Source: Candidatus Thorarchaeota archaeon (GTDB taxonomy: Archaea > Asgardarchaeota > Thorarchaeia > Thorarchaeales > Thorarchaeaceae). Taken from it: a DNA stretch of 64,000 nucleotides. The DNA lies in NCBI GenBank assembly GCA_046482545.1, contig JAWOEX010000010.1:128001-192000 (forward strand). Reading direction: 5' to 3'. Positions 1-9,340 of this stretch are shown piece after piece. Made by a program: the position numbers and the translations under genes. How positions within the stretch are numbered: the first letter of the stretch is position 1; every line of letters starts with the position of its first letter. The notes beneath the pieces were generated by a model that was not told the DNA's origin, ran no database searches, and worked only from the letters and a program-made list of their open reading frames with translations.

Positions 1-841
1 GGAATCCGGGTGTGGAAAAACAACAGCGGGTAGGACAATACTGTACTTAGACGAACCCACCGATGGCGAAATATTCTATGCAGGTCAGAGACTCTCGACC
101 TTGGATAGGAACGAGATGAAAGAGCTTAGGAAGCAAATGCAAATCACATTTCAAGACCCTTATGAAGCTCTCAATCCAAAGCAGAATGTATTCAGCATAG
201 TCAATGAACCGCTTTCGGTACACAAGATTCCATTATCACAAAGCGAAAAAAGAGAGCGGGTGCTTGAAGCACTTGAAAGCGTCGCCATGACACCAGCCGT
301 GGACTTCATAGACAGGTTCCCACACGAATTGTCCGGTGGACAGCGGCAGCGTGTCTCGGTTGCAAGAGCACTGATTCTGCATCCAGATTTCATGGTTGCA
401 GACGAGCCGGTATCTATGCTTGACGTATCCATTCGTGCAGAAATCCTCAATCTCCTTCTCAACCTGAGAGAAGAAATGGGTCTCACATACCTATTCATCA
501 CCCATGACCTTGCTGTCGCAACATACATTGCAGATAGGATTGCAATCATGTACCTTGGAAAAATCATGGAGATAGGCCCTGCTCATGATGTAGCCTTTGA
601 CCCAATACATCCGTACACCAAGGCCCTTATATCCGCAGTTCCAACAGGCGATCCAACGGTTAAGAAACGGACTGAATCTTTGAAGGGTGAACCTCCAAGT
701 CCAATCAATGTTCCATCAGGATGCAGATTTCATCCACGGTGTCCTTACGCTCGAGAGATTTGTACCAAGGAAATTCCCGAAGAAAGAGAGATGGATGAAG
801 ATCATTACGTAGCCTGTCATTTTGCAGGAGAGCTTTGGTAG
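1..841 (+). CDS. Oligopeptide/dipeptide ABC transporter ATP-binding subunit (5'-truncated by window edge)
   Basis: Frame open from position 2 (ESGCGKTT Walker A), LSGGQRQR signature, ADEP Walker B, C-terminal CRFHPRC..C..ACH oligopeptide-transporter domain. Confidence 0.95.
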   Translation, partial: ESGCGKTTAGRTILYLDEPTDGEIFYAGQRLSTLDRNEMKELRKQMQITFQDPYEALNPKQNVFSIVNEPLSVHKIPLSQSEKRERVLEALESVAMTPAVDFIDRFPHELSGGQRQRVSVARALILHPDFMVADEPVSMLDVSIRAEILNLLLNLREEMGLTYLFITHDLAVATYIADRIAIMYLGKIMEIGPAHDVAFDPIHPYTKALISAVPTGDPTVKKRTESLKGEPPSPINVPSGCRFHPRCPYAREICTKEIPEEREMDEDHYVACHFAGELW

Positions 842-919
842 GCAAATCAAGCTCCTGACCAGTCCAAGAAGAAGCCCTTGCTGCCCCAGGTAGTAAGGGG
901 CAAAGGGAGAGTGTTGCCA

Positions 920-1357
920 ATGTCGGATGATTTACCACAAAAAAACATTCTCCGAGCTATCAAGAAATGTCTTTCTGATACCTATGCTCATTTTCAAGAA
1001 GCAATGGATATCCTTGATGAGATTGGGAGGGGTTCGCTTGGCGCTAGTGTGACACCAATTGTTGGGGGATACGCCATGAAGGATCCCAAGGAGAGGTACA
1101 GGAAGGCACTCATCGAAGTTGATGCTGGAGAAAAGAGTCTGCAGCCGCTTGCAAAACGTTTCCATGAAGGGATTGTTAATTCAACCCATTTCGAAGACGA
1201 GACGGCATTGGTTTTGCTCAAGGATATTGTGGATTACGATTACGATATTCTTATCCGAAAGCTAGCTGAGCGGAGGAGTAGAGAAAGCGTATGGTACAGG
1301 CTTGACGAGATGAGCAAGAAAATACGCCAGCTCTTTGAGGAAGTAAGTGACCAATGA
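920..1357 (+). CDS. Hypothetical helical protein
   Basis: Open frame with a plausible ATG at 920 (ORF track begins at 878); no recognised motif. Confidence 0.7.
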   Translation: MSDDLPQKNILRAIKKCLSDTYAHFQEAMDILDEIGRGSLGASVTPIVGGYAMKDPKERYRKALIEVDAGEKSLQPLAKRFHEGIVNSTHFEDETALVLLKDIVDYDYDILIRKLAERRSRESVWYRLDEMSKKIRQLFEEVSDQ

Positions 1358-1607
1358 ATACTGTTTTAGAAACGTGCCGGTTGCCATAGTTCGAGTTTGG
1401 TTACAGTTTTTTCGTTAATAATTCATCGAAGGGAACTTCGACATTTCACTTCATCAATGGCAAAGCTATAATAGGGTAAATTCAGCCGGTTTTGAGTAAC
1501 AAGAAGCATCTTACTATGAAATGATATATGCTGATAGAATAACTCACACTTGGTTGTCACAAGAATTGCAATGAATGCGCATCTTTGATGCATGGACGTG
1601 AAAATGG

Positions 1608-2516
1608 ATGTTTGAACTATTAACGCAGCCTGTAGTTTCGGGTCTATTACTCATGGGTTTCATTGGTCCCTTAAGTTACAAGTTGGGTTTTGTTGATGTT
1701 TCTGGTTTGATCAGCGCATTTGTTGTTGGATTTACTGTCTGGTATACAGGCGGTCCAGCTGCGTTTACTGTCCTCCTATTCTTCTTTGTCAGTGCCGGAT
1801 TCGCTACCAAGTTCAAATACAAGGCAAAGGCAAAGAAGGGGATAGCGCAAGAATCGAAAGGGAAACGTTCGTACAGAAATGTGTTGGCAAGCGGCATCAT
1901 CCCCATGTTCTTCTCTATTGGAATGTACCTTTCACCTATGTTAGGAATCAACCCGTATTGGATGCTTGGAGGCTTTGTTGGTGCAGTTGGGACAACGTCT
2001 GCTGATACTCTTGCGAGCGAAATAGGAGTGTTCAGTACTCGGAAACCCAGACTCATTACCAATCTCAGGCGCAAAGTTCCAAGTGGGACAATCGGAGCTG
2101 TCTCATTACTCGGAGAAGCTGTAGCAGCTTTCGCAGGTCTTGCTATTGGCATAATAGTAGCTCTTTTTGCAATTATCACCCCTGGTTCCGTCCCTGTTTC
2201 AGGGGTGTTCGAATTAGTTTTGGTCATTCCTCTTGCGGTTCTTACGGCTTTTATCGGATGTAATCTGGACAGTTTCATTGGCGCCGTTGTTCAGGACAAA
2301 TACGTCTGTGAAATCTGTGGAGCGATAACGGACAAGCAATTCCATTGCGACTACGAGACCAAACATATTGGAGGGATCAAGCAGTTTAGTAATATCCATG
2401 TCAATCTTGGCTCGTCTGGCATGGGTGCAACCCTAGGTATTGTTCTAGGAGCGGGACTGTTCATATGGATTCTCGGCGGGCTCTTCTTCTGGATTCTTGC
2501 ATCCTCAAGTAATTAG
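1608..2516 (+). CDS. DUF92/TMEM19-family membrane protein with small Zn-finger insert
   Basis: Multi-TM; RSYRNVLASG, ADTLASEIG, GAVSLLG, DSFIGA motifs typical of DUF92; CxxC..HC insert. Confidence 0.9.
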   Translation: MFELLTQPVVSGLLLMGFIGPLSYKLGFVDVSGLISAFVVGFTVWYTGGPAAFTVLLFFFVSAGFATKFKYKAKAKKGIAQESKGKRSYRNVLASGIIPMFFSIGMYLSPMLGINPYWMLGGFVGAVGTTSADTLASEIGVFSTRKPRLITNLRRKVPSGTIGAVSLLGEAVAAFAGLAIGIIVALFAIITPGSVPVSGVFELVLVIPLAVLTAFIGCNLDSFIGAVVQDKYVCEICGAITDKQFHCDYETKHIGGIKQFSNIHVNLGSSGMGATLGIVLGAGLFIWILGGLFFWILASSSN

Positions 2517-2670
2517 GTGCTTCTCATCACTCCATATACTTTGCATTTTCGATAAGCTATTCTCGCCAAGAAAATCCGGACTTTCAGGCCTGACACAACA
2601 CTTAACGGTATCAGGATGCAAGAATTGGATTGATTCAGTTATCGGTATTGCTGAAAGAAGGAAAGAACCA

Positions 2671-3441
2671 ATGGCACATACGAAAACATACGAATGGGCA
2701 CTCACAGGCATCTTTGCGGCCTTTCAGCTTGTTCTCTCGATGGTTCCACTCTATCTCTTAGGAATGGGAGGGGGCTTCATTTCATGGGGTCTTGTCTCTG
2801 CACCAATTATCGGGTTTTTACTCGGTCCGTTCTATGGACTGCTTGCCGTCATGATTGGTTCTATTCTTGGGACCTTGTTTTTTAACATCGGAGGTATTCT
2901 GGGGCCCATAATCCCAATCTTCGCACCAATGGCTAGTGCCTTAGTGGCAGGAAGTATCCGTTTCAAAAGATATCATGTTGTCACTGGTGTCTTCATTCTG
3001 GGCCTAGCAATATACCTCCTCGGTCCGATAGGTCTTGTCACAGCACCATATCTCTGGCTTCACACAATCGCTGCATTTTTGTCAATTTTAGTGCTCACCC
3101 CGGTGATTTCGCATAAATTTGACAGGATACTCGAACCTACCGAATGTGGAACCAAAGGCAAATCCTCTGTGTTCGTGTGGTTAACGGGTTTCTTGGCCCT
3201 GATGGCAGATCACCTCGTTGGAGCCACTATGTCTCAATACTACTTCATCTACGTGTTGGAAATGGAAACAAACCCTCTTGCCGCGTCTTACTTGGCTACC
3301 ATTTTCATCTATCCAATCGAGAGAATCTTGGCATCCATCATCGTTGGATTTGTGCTCATTCTTCTCAGAGTTGGCATCTCATACGGTAGCATTCCCCTGC
3401 CGGAAATCCTAGGGAACAATGGCACTCAGATTGACTGCTAG
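2671..3441 (+). CDS. ECF-type transporter S-component-like membrane protein
   Basis: Very hydrophobic; APIIGFLLGPFYG motif; YPIERI near the C-terminus; ATG at 2671. Confidence 0.65.
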   Translation: MAHTKTYEWALTGIFAAFQLVLSMVPLYLLGMGGGFISWGLVSAPIIGFLLGPFYGLLAVMIGSILGTLFFNIGGILGPIIPIFAPMASALVAGSIRFKRYHVVTGVFILGLAIYLLGPIGLVTAPYLWLHTIAAFLSILVLTPVISHKFDRILEPTECGTKGKSSVFVWLTGFLALMADHLVGATMSQYYFIYVLEMETNPLAASYLATIFIYPIERILASIIVGFVLILLRVGISYGSIPLPEILGNNGTQIDC

Positions 3442-3501
3442 TTGCAAAGGCGTAAGGCATTACTGGAGCAACGCCTAGACCTATTTGGTAGTTCAACAGA
3501 T

Positions 3502-4356
3502 TCACAAGTTCTGTCCGCCGATTTCGTCCTTCTTTCTCAAGTTCAGAATTAACCACATTACTACTAAGCCAATAAGAAAAGCCGGAATGGTGGTAAGACC
3601 CCACTCAATCTGAAGAATTGCTGGATTTTCAACCGGTTCTGCAGGAAAGACCGGGAAGGCAATATATGCAATCATATTCCATGCGAAATGAAATCCTGCT
3701 GGTGCCCATAATCGTTTTCCCGACAGGAAGAATCCGAGACTCAAAACAACGCCACCGAGGAACAGGTTGAAAGTGAACAACAGCGTAAGATGCAAAGGTA
3801 TACTTCCTAGCGGTGTCCACCAGCTATAATGAAGCAAAGAAAACGCGATGGAACTCAGAATGATTCCAAATCGCTTGCCTCCGCCAAGCTTGGAAGCTCT
3901 GGTGAGGAGGTAGCCGCGGTAGACCAATTCTTCCACGTAAGATACGAGCACCGTGACAACTGCATTGCCCGTCACCAGAGCAAGGGTAATTTCCGATAGG
4001 GAGCGTAAATCCCCCCCGAACAGGAGAGCAAGAAGAACTGTTAGACCTGAACCTACGATTCCCCCGGTAAGACCCACCATCAGACCATGAGCAGTTTCAT
4101 CGTCTATGTCCCCACCAAGGTCACCTATGGATGTGTTACTCTCCCATCGCAAGAATATAAGAACCGTAGCGTACATCAGCGGATATACAAGCAAGGAGAG
4201 AAGTGATGCAACCATCTGTCCACTCTCGGTGCCTACAATGAGCCGACTAGCCGCATTTGGCAGTTCAATCAGGACAAACATCACGGTGATAAACAGAACT
4301 ACCTGCAGCGTTCTCTGTAGTTGCTCTTGTTTCAAAGACAGACCCGGCGAGAGCAA
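3502..4356 (-). CDS. CPBP (CAAX/Abi) family intramembrane metalloprotease
   Basis: EELVYRGYL, FSLLH and HFAWN motifs. Confidence 0.9.
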   Translation of the reverse strand: MLSPGLSLKQEQLQRTLQVVLFITVMFVLIELPNAASRLIVGTESGQMVASLLSLLVYPLMYATVLIFLRWESNTSIGDLGGDIDDETAHGLMVGLTGGIVGSGLTVLLALLFGGDLRSLSEITLALVTGNAVVTVLVSYVEELVYRGYLLTRASKLGGGKRFGIILSSIAFSLLHYSWWTPLGSIPLHLTLLFTFNLFLGGVVLSLGFFLSGKRLWAPAGFHFAWNMIAYIAFPVFPAEPVENPAILQIEWGLTTIPAFLIGLVVMWLILNLRKKDEIGGQNL

Positions 4357-4576
4357 TACAAAGCCATCCTAAATCTGTTTTCCAATACCTCTCTTAGTGG
4401 AGTGACAACCAATAGACAGGAAATGGAAATAGGAACTATATTTATCAATAATGTTGAAACTATAATAAGTAAGCAAAATAGTGACAAACAAAATACAATC
4501 ATAAGGCCCGATACAAACATAAGGTCGAGCCATGAATTCAACACAAGGAGTTACGCATTGCTGTTGAAAGCCCGAG

Positions 4577-5956
4577 GTGAGGAGAACCTTGAATACAAGA
4601 AGCCTTCTACTAGAGTTCAAAATTGAAGAAGTCGGAAGGCAGGCACGCAAAGATGCTTCCGTCAGAGAAGACTTGCTGCGCGCATTTGAGGATTCATCCG
4701 AAATTGTTAGAGAAAGGGCATTACTTGCAGCCATCGAGCTGACCGACCCTGCCATCGTCAAGGAAGCAAAGAATCTTCTTGATGATGAGAACGAGGATGT
4801 AAAGATAGCAGCAGCTCAAGTTCTGGCTTGGTACCATCAGCCTCGGACAATTCCGAATTTGCTGGAAGGTCTCAAGGATTCGAGTACGTGGGTACGATCG
4901 CATTGCGCCAAAGGCCTTTCCAAACTACTTCCTGGACCTATTTGGGCGAGGGTTGAAAAAGATCGAATTGATACTTTGCTTGCTGATTTCCCGGACATGA
5001 GCGAAGAAGAAATCAGGATGTTTCTTACGGAAATTGGACTTACTTCTCTGGCAATTGAAGATTATCTCAGATGGCGAGATGAAGATTTCGATATTGATAT
5101 CGATTTGAGCTCCTTTATCGATGAACTGGAAGGAAAACCAATTATCTTGGAAGGAGTCTCTGATGTTGAGGCAGAAATTGAGGCCAAAGGGCTTGCACCT
5201 GCTGAAACAAGAGAAGGCATCTCTAAGGAAGTCGCTAAGATAATTGACGAGCTACCCACTCATGTGCGAGAATCACTTCCCATAGAGGAATTGAGGAGAC
5301 TAACACCCGAAACTGCGAGAGAATTGGTTGACTCATTGAAATCAAAAGTGCCGGCCGAAGAAGAACTCGAAGCTGAAACCAAGGTGAGCCTTGATGATAT
5401 TCAAGGAGTCGGACCTAATATCAACGCGGGGCTCAGAGATGCAGGATACGTTTCAGTCGAAGACCTTGCACAAGCAGACCCCAAGGCGGTTTCTGAAGAA
5501 GTCAATGGCATCAGTGAAGAAAGCGCTAAGGATATAATTTCAGCAGCAAAATCAAATCTTCCACCTCCAAAGAAGAAAAGGGTTCGGCGTGTCAGGAAGG
5601 TCAAAACGGTTAGAAGCAAAAAGAAACGGGAAGCACTTCTTGAGCGCATACCAGCAGAAGTACGGGAAGCAATGGAACCGGAAGAACTGGAAAAACTCTC
5701 TGCTGATGAATTAGAAGCCATTGCCCTTTCAACTTCAGGAATAACTGAGGAACCAGCTCAGATTACTACAGACGATGAAAATACAATCAGCAGTGAAGAG
5801 GATACATCCAGACTGGAAGAGTTGACAAACAAATATGGAAAGGAGAAAGCAGATCTTCTGGCTCTTATTCCAGCTGAGATGCTTGCCGATATTCCTGAAG
5901 ATCAAATAGAGGAAATGGATCTTGAGACGATTCGAAGCCTAACACAAGCACTTTAG
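4577..5956 (+). CDS. HEAT-repeat protein with helix-hairpin-helix domain and three internal helical repeats
   Basis: N-terminal HEAT/PBS repeats (DSSEIVRERA, DENEDVKIAAA, DSSTWVRSHCA); IQGVGP..LRDAGY..VEDLA HhH; start uncertain. Confidence 0.85.
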   Translation: MRRTLNTRSLLLEFKIEEVGRQARKDASVREDLLRAFEDSSEIVRERALLAAIELTDPAIVKEAKNLLDDENEDVKIAAAQVLAWYHQPRTIPNLLEGLKDSSTWVRSHCAKGLSKLLPGPIWARVEKDRIDTLLADFPDMSEEEIRMFLTEIGLTSLAIEDYLRWRDEDFDIDIDLSSFIDELEGKPIILEGVSDVEAEIEAKGLAPAETREGISKEVAKIIDELPTHVRESLPIEELRRLTPETARELVDSLKSKVPAEEELEAETKVSLDDIQGVGPNINAGLRDAGYVSVEDLAQADPKAVSEEVNGISEESAKDIISAAKSNLPPPKKKRVRRVRKVKTVRSKKKREALLERIPAEVREAMEPEELEKLSADELEAIALSTSGITEEPAQITTDDENTISSEEDTSRLEELTNKYGKEKADLLALIPAEMLADIPEDQIEEMDLETIRSLTQAL

Positions 5957-6102
5957 GTACTTATGAATAGCTAACGCAAAGTACTTCTAAGATAAGACAT
6001 ACATTGCGTAAGCAATACTATTTTAGGTGAATCTGATGTATTTGGGAAGTGAATCGGAGCACTTTCTGAAATACTATTTCACATATCCAGTTGGTGTTAG
6101 AT

Positions 6103-6486
6103 ATGAGCGAGAGCGAAACTCAGATTGCTATCGAGTTCGAAGACGGGACGACACTCAACGGCATACTCGATAGGGTAAGAGGGCCTATGATTACCGAGGA
6201 AATCATCTCACGTCTCCCAATCCAAACGAGAGCTGCGATGATTAGAGGGGAAATGAGAATGAATCTGGATATCGGTAAGGGAAATATCAAACCAACGAAG
6301 GAAGTAGCACGGGGAGACATTGCATATATGCCACTGGGGGATTCACTTGTGATTTATCTTGAGGACTCCAGAACATTCAGCAAGGTTAATGTAATTGGCA
6401 CCATAGAACCCAGCAGTCACAACAAATTGGATAAGCTAAGAGAGATAAGAAGGGGGAGTCAGGTTGTCTTAAGAACCCCTTCTTAG
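6103..6486 (+). CDS. Cyclophilin-like fold protein (TM1367/DUF369-like)
   Basis: GDIAYMPLGDSLVIY and VNVIG motifs. Confidence 0.75.
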   Translation: MSESETQIAIEFEDGTTLNGILDRVRGPMITEEIISRLPIQTRAAMIRGEMRMNLDIGKGNIKPTKEVARGDIAYMPLGDSLVIYLEDSRTFSKVNVIGTIEPSSHNKLDKLREIRRGSQVVLRTPS

Positions 6487-7034
6487 AGCCTTTGGATATT
6501 CCGAAGAAGTGTTTCATTCTTATCAATTTGTTTTTCAGAAGGATCTACAACGAAGCCAGATTCGTGGCATTCAATCATGACTTCCACGCCTGAGTCCTTC
6601 ACAGCCTTGAATCCACTGTTAGACAAAGGTCTAACTCTCAGCTGTTTTGTATCGAACTCTATTCTGTCATGAGCCTGTTGAATCTCGGCATCCTTTCGGA
6701 TCTTCGACTTTGCGATACGGAGCTGTTGTTTGAGCTGGGCAACCTCTACTTGAAGCTCCTTCTTTTGCTTCGTCACCTTCTCCAATTCTTCTTTTGTTGC
6801 CTCATATTTGTCTTTTTCAACAAACCGATCTGATTCATCAACCCAGGTTATCGTAGTTCCATCAAACCGCCGATTGGTCTCCACCTTGCCCATCGCTTTC
6901 AGAATAGCGATGACATCATATATTCTCCTCTTGGGAGTCTCCAATCGTTCGGCAAGTTGGTCACTACGTATACCATCTTCGCCTTCTTCTTTTATTACAT
7001 CAATACTGCGTTCTGCAATTTCCACTAGTTTCAC
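6483..7034 (-). CDS. E2F/DP-like winged-helix transcription factor with coiled coil
   Basis: LAERL..PKRRIYDVIAIL..MGKV..ITW matches the E2F/DP RRxYD signature; heptad coiled coil follows. Confidence 0.8.
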   Translation of the reverse strand: MKLVEIAERSIDVIKEEGEDGIRSDQLAERLETPKRRIYDVIAILKAMGKVETNRRFDGTTITWVDESDRFVEKDKYEATKEELEKVTKQKKELQVEVAQLKQQLRIAKSKIRKDAEIQQAHDRIEFDTKQLRVRPLSNSGFKAVKDSGVEVMIECHESGFVVDPSEKQIDKNETLLRNIQRL

Positions 7035-7167
7035 ATGTGCACCCCAAGCGGACAGAGTATTACCAAGGCAATATCTCCGGTTTTAACACCTAGCGAGATA
7101 TTTAATGGTTTGTATTCTTATTGTGATTTTTCGACCCTCTAAATGTTTGTTCCATAAAAAGAACAAC

Positions 7168-7210
7168 TGTTATAGGTTTTCGATAAATCGAAATAAATCT
7201 ACCTATAACA
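7168..7210. promoter_or_regulatory. Nested inverted repeat between divergent genes
   Basis: TGTTATAGGT (7168-7177)/ACCTATAACA (7201-7210) plus inner TTTCGAT/ATCGAAA. Confidence 0.5.
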
Positions 7211-7302
7211 CTCGGTACAATCACCTTTTGCTATATCGAAGCTTATTAATGGATGCCCGGATGACTATGATTTAGTTTTCCACACCCGTACGGTGGTTTC
7301 CA

Positions 7303-8643
7303 ATGAGTAAAGAGAAAATCAAAGTAATTATTATGGGTGCGGCTGGACGTGATTTTCATAATTTTAACTCCTTCTTCAGAGGAGATTCTCGCTATGAAGT
7401 AGTCGCGTTCACTGCACAGCAGATTCCAGGAATCGGAGATAGGGAATACCCACCCGAGCTTTCAGGCGACTTGTATCCGGATGGTATCAAAATATACCCC
7501 GAAGAAAAGCTACCTGAACTGGTTGAGAAATTCGACGTTGACCAATGCATTCTAGCATACAGCGACCTTTCTTACGACTACGTAGGCCACAAAATAGCTT
7601 GGGTCAACTCTCTAGGTCCAGATATCCGCTTTATGGGACCAGAACTTACGATGTATGAAAGTGAGAAGCCAGTGGTCGCAGTCTGTGCTGTTAGAACCGG
7701 ATCCGGTAAGAGCCAGACATCAAGGCGTGTAAATCAGATATTCGTCGACATGGGATTGACACCTATCAACATCCGTCATCCTATGCCATACGATCCGGAC
7801 TTGACCATGCAGATTGCTCAGCGATATGAGAAGCTTGAGGACATGGACAAATATCGATGCACCATTGAGGAGCGCGAAGAATATGAGCCCATTATCAATA
7901 TGGGTGTCACTTTGTATGCAGGTGTTGACTATGAAAAGATTCTTCGTCAGGCGGAAGACGAAGACCCTGACGTAATAACTTGGGATGGTGGCAATAACGA
8001 CTTCCCATTCTACAAGCCTGACCTCCTTATAGTCCTGACAGATCCGCACAGACCAGGCCATGAAATTTCCTACTATCCAGGAGAGACTAACCTCAAGATG
8101 GCTGATGTCGTAATCATCAATAAGGTAGAGACTGCAGACTACGAGGATGTTCAGACGGTTAGGGAAAACATCATGAAGGCAAACCCAGATGCCACGATAA
8201 TCGAAGCGGCCTCACCAATATCTGTCGAAGAACCAAGCAAAATCAAAGGTAAGCGAGTTATCGTTGTCGAGGATGGACCAACAGTCACTCACGGCAATAT
8301 GCCTTATGGTGCAGGTTACGTTGCAGCACGAAGATTCGGTGCAGAAATAGTTGATCCAAGACCATTTGCGGTTGGAAGCATAAAAGACACCTTCGAGAAA
8401 TACACACATCTTGAGAATGTCCTACCAGCCATGGGTTATGGCGAGGAACAAATGAAAGAACTGCAAAAGACTATTGAGAAGGCTGATGTGGATGCCGTCG
8501 TTGTAGGGACACCAATCGACCTAGCGAGGCTCATCGACATCGACAAGCCCAATACACGGGTCAGATACGACCTCCAGGAAATTGGCAAGCCTGACCTCGA
8601 GGACATCCTTGCTGAGTTTGTCGAAAAACAAGGTATCAAGTAG
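7303..8643 (+). CDS. arcE: P-loop protein of the cyclic 2,3-diphosphoglycerate synthetase-like family; probable arginine synthetase
   Basis: MGAAGRDFHNFN, AVRTGSGKSQ, RHPMPY, TIEEREEYEP, WDGGNND, EDGPT.THG motifs. Confidence 0.75.
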   Translation: MSKEKIKVIIMGAAGRDFHNFNSFFRGDSRYEVVAFTAQQIPGIGDREYPPELSGDLYPDGIKIYPEEKLPELVEKFDVDQCILAYSDLSYDYVGHKIAWVNSLGPDIRFMGPELTMYESEKPVVAVCAVRTGSGKSQTSRRVNQIFVDMGLTPINIRHPMPYDPDLTMQIAQRYEKLEDMDKYRCTIEEREEYEPIINMGVTLYAGVDYEKILRQAEDEDPDVITWDGGNNDFPFYKPDLLIVLTDPHRPGHEISYYPGETNLKMADVVIINKVETADYEDVQTVRENIMKANPDATIIEAASPISVEEPSKIKGKRVIVVEDGPTVTHGNMPYGAGYVAARRFGAEIVDPRPFAVGSIKDTFEKYTHLENVLPAMGYGEEQMKELQKTIEKADVDAVVVGTPIDLARLIDIDKPNTRVRYDLQEIGKPDLEDILAEFVEKQGIK

Positions 8644-8662
8644 TGCTACTACGAGTGAACAT

Positions 8663-8707
8663 GAGAACAGGTAAATCCTGTTTTCTTGTTCCCTGTTCTC
8701 TTTTTTT
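8663..8707 (+). terminator. Stem-loop plus T-tract
   Basis: GAGAACAGG/CCTGTTCTC followed by T7, just after the 8643 stop. Confidence 0.6.
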
Positions 8708-8787
8708 AGTATCTAATGTAATGCACACAAGATACCCTTTTAGATGGTGACTTCATCGACAGCATAGACCTACACGAGGAAGCTACA

Positions 8788-9165
8788 ATGGCAGAAATAC
8801 CAATGGCTGATGCTGATGAACCGAGTGACAATAAGGGCCGTCCTCTTGGAATAACAGTTTTGGCAATTCTACAGATGATTGGTGCGCTGATAACATTAGG
8901 CCTGGGCGTGACAATCATGGCTTTCGGATCCATCTCGCCGTTCTATGGAATCATGGGAGGAATCTTGGTAATTTTTGGGCTTATTTCATTCTACGTTGGC
9001 TATGGTTTATGGACCATGAAATCGTGGGCTTGGAAGCTAGCCATGATAGTCAACATCATCAACATAGTAATTGGTGTGATAACCCAAAACTGGGTAGGTA
9101 TCATCATTCCGCTAATCATAGTTATCTATCTGAACCAAGAAGACATCAAGCAGCGATTCAGATAA
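8788..9165 (+). CDS. Small 4-TM membrane protein
   Basis: RPLGITVLAIL, YGLW.MK.WAW, IIVIYL..EDIK..F pattern; GAGG upstream. Confidence 0.85.
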   Translation: MAEIPMADADEPSDNKGRPLGITVLAILQMIGALITLGLGVTIMAFGSISPFYGIMGGILVIFGLISFYVGYGLWTMKSWAWKLAMIVNIINIVIGVITQNWVGIIIPLIIVIYLNQEDIKQRFR

Positions 9166-9340
9166 TCAGAGCGAGAACAAGCTTATTCCGGGCAAAAAGC
9201 TCGGCCCCTCTTTTTATTTCAGCAATTCTTTGTACTAGTGCATAGGCTAGTCAAATACTGTTACAATGCTGACTTGGTTCGCCATCACCGTCATGGCAGG
9301 ACCCTTCTTGGGATTCAGCCGCGACATATTCTGGAGCAGG

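Noticed and set aside
5561-5600. PPKKKRV resembles the SV40 nuclear localisation signal
   Set aside because: Short basic low-complexity match in an archaeon; better explained as a nucleic-acid-binding linker
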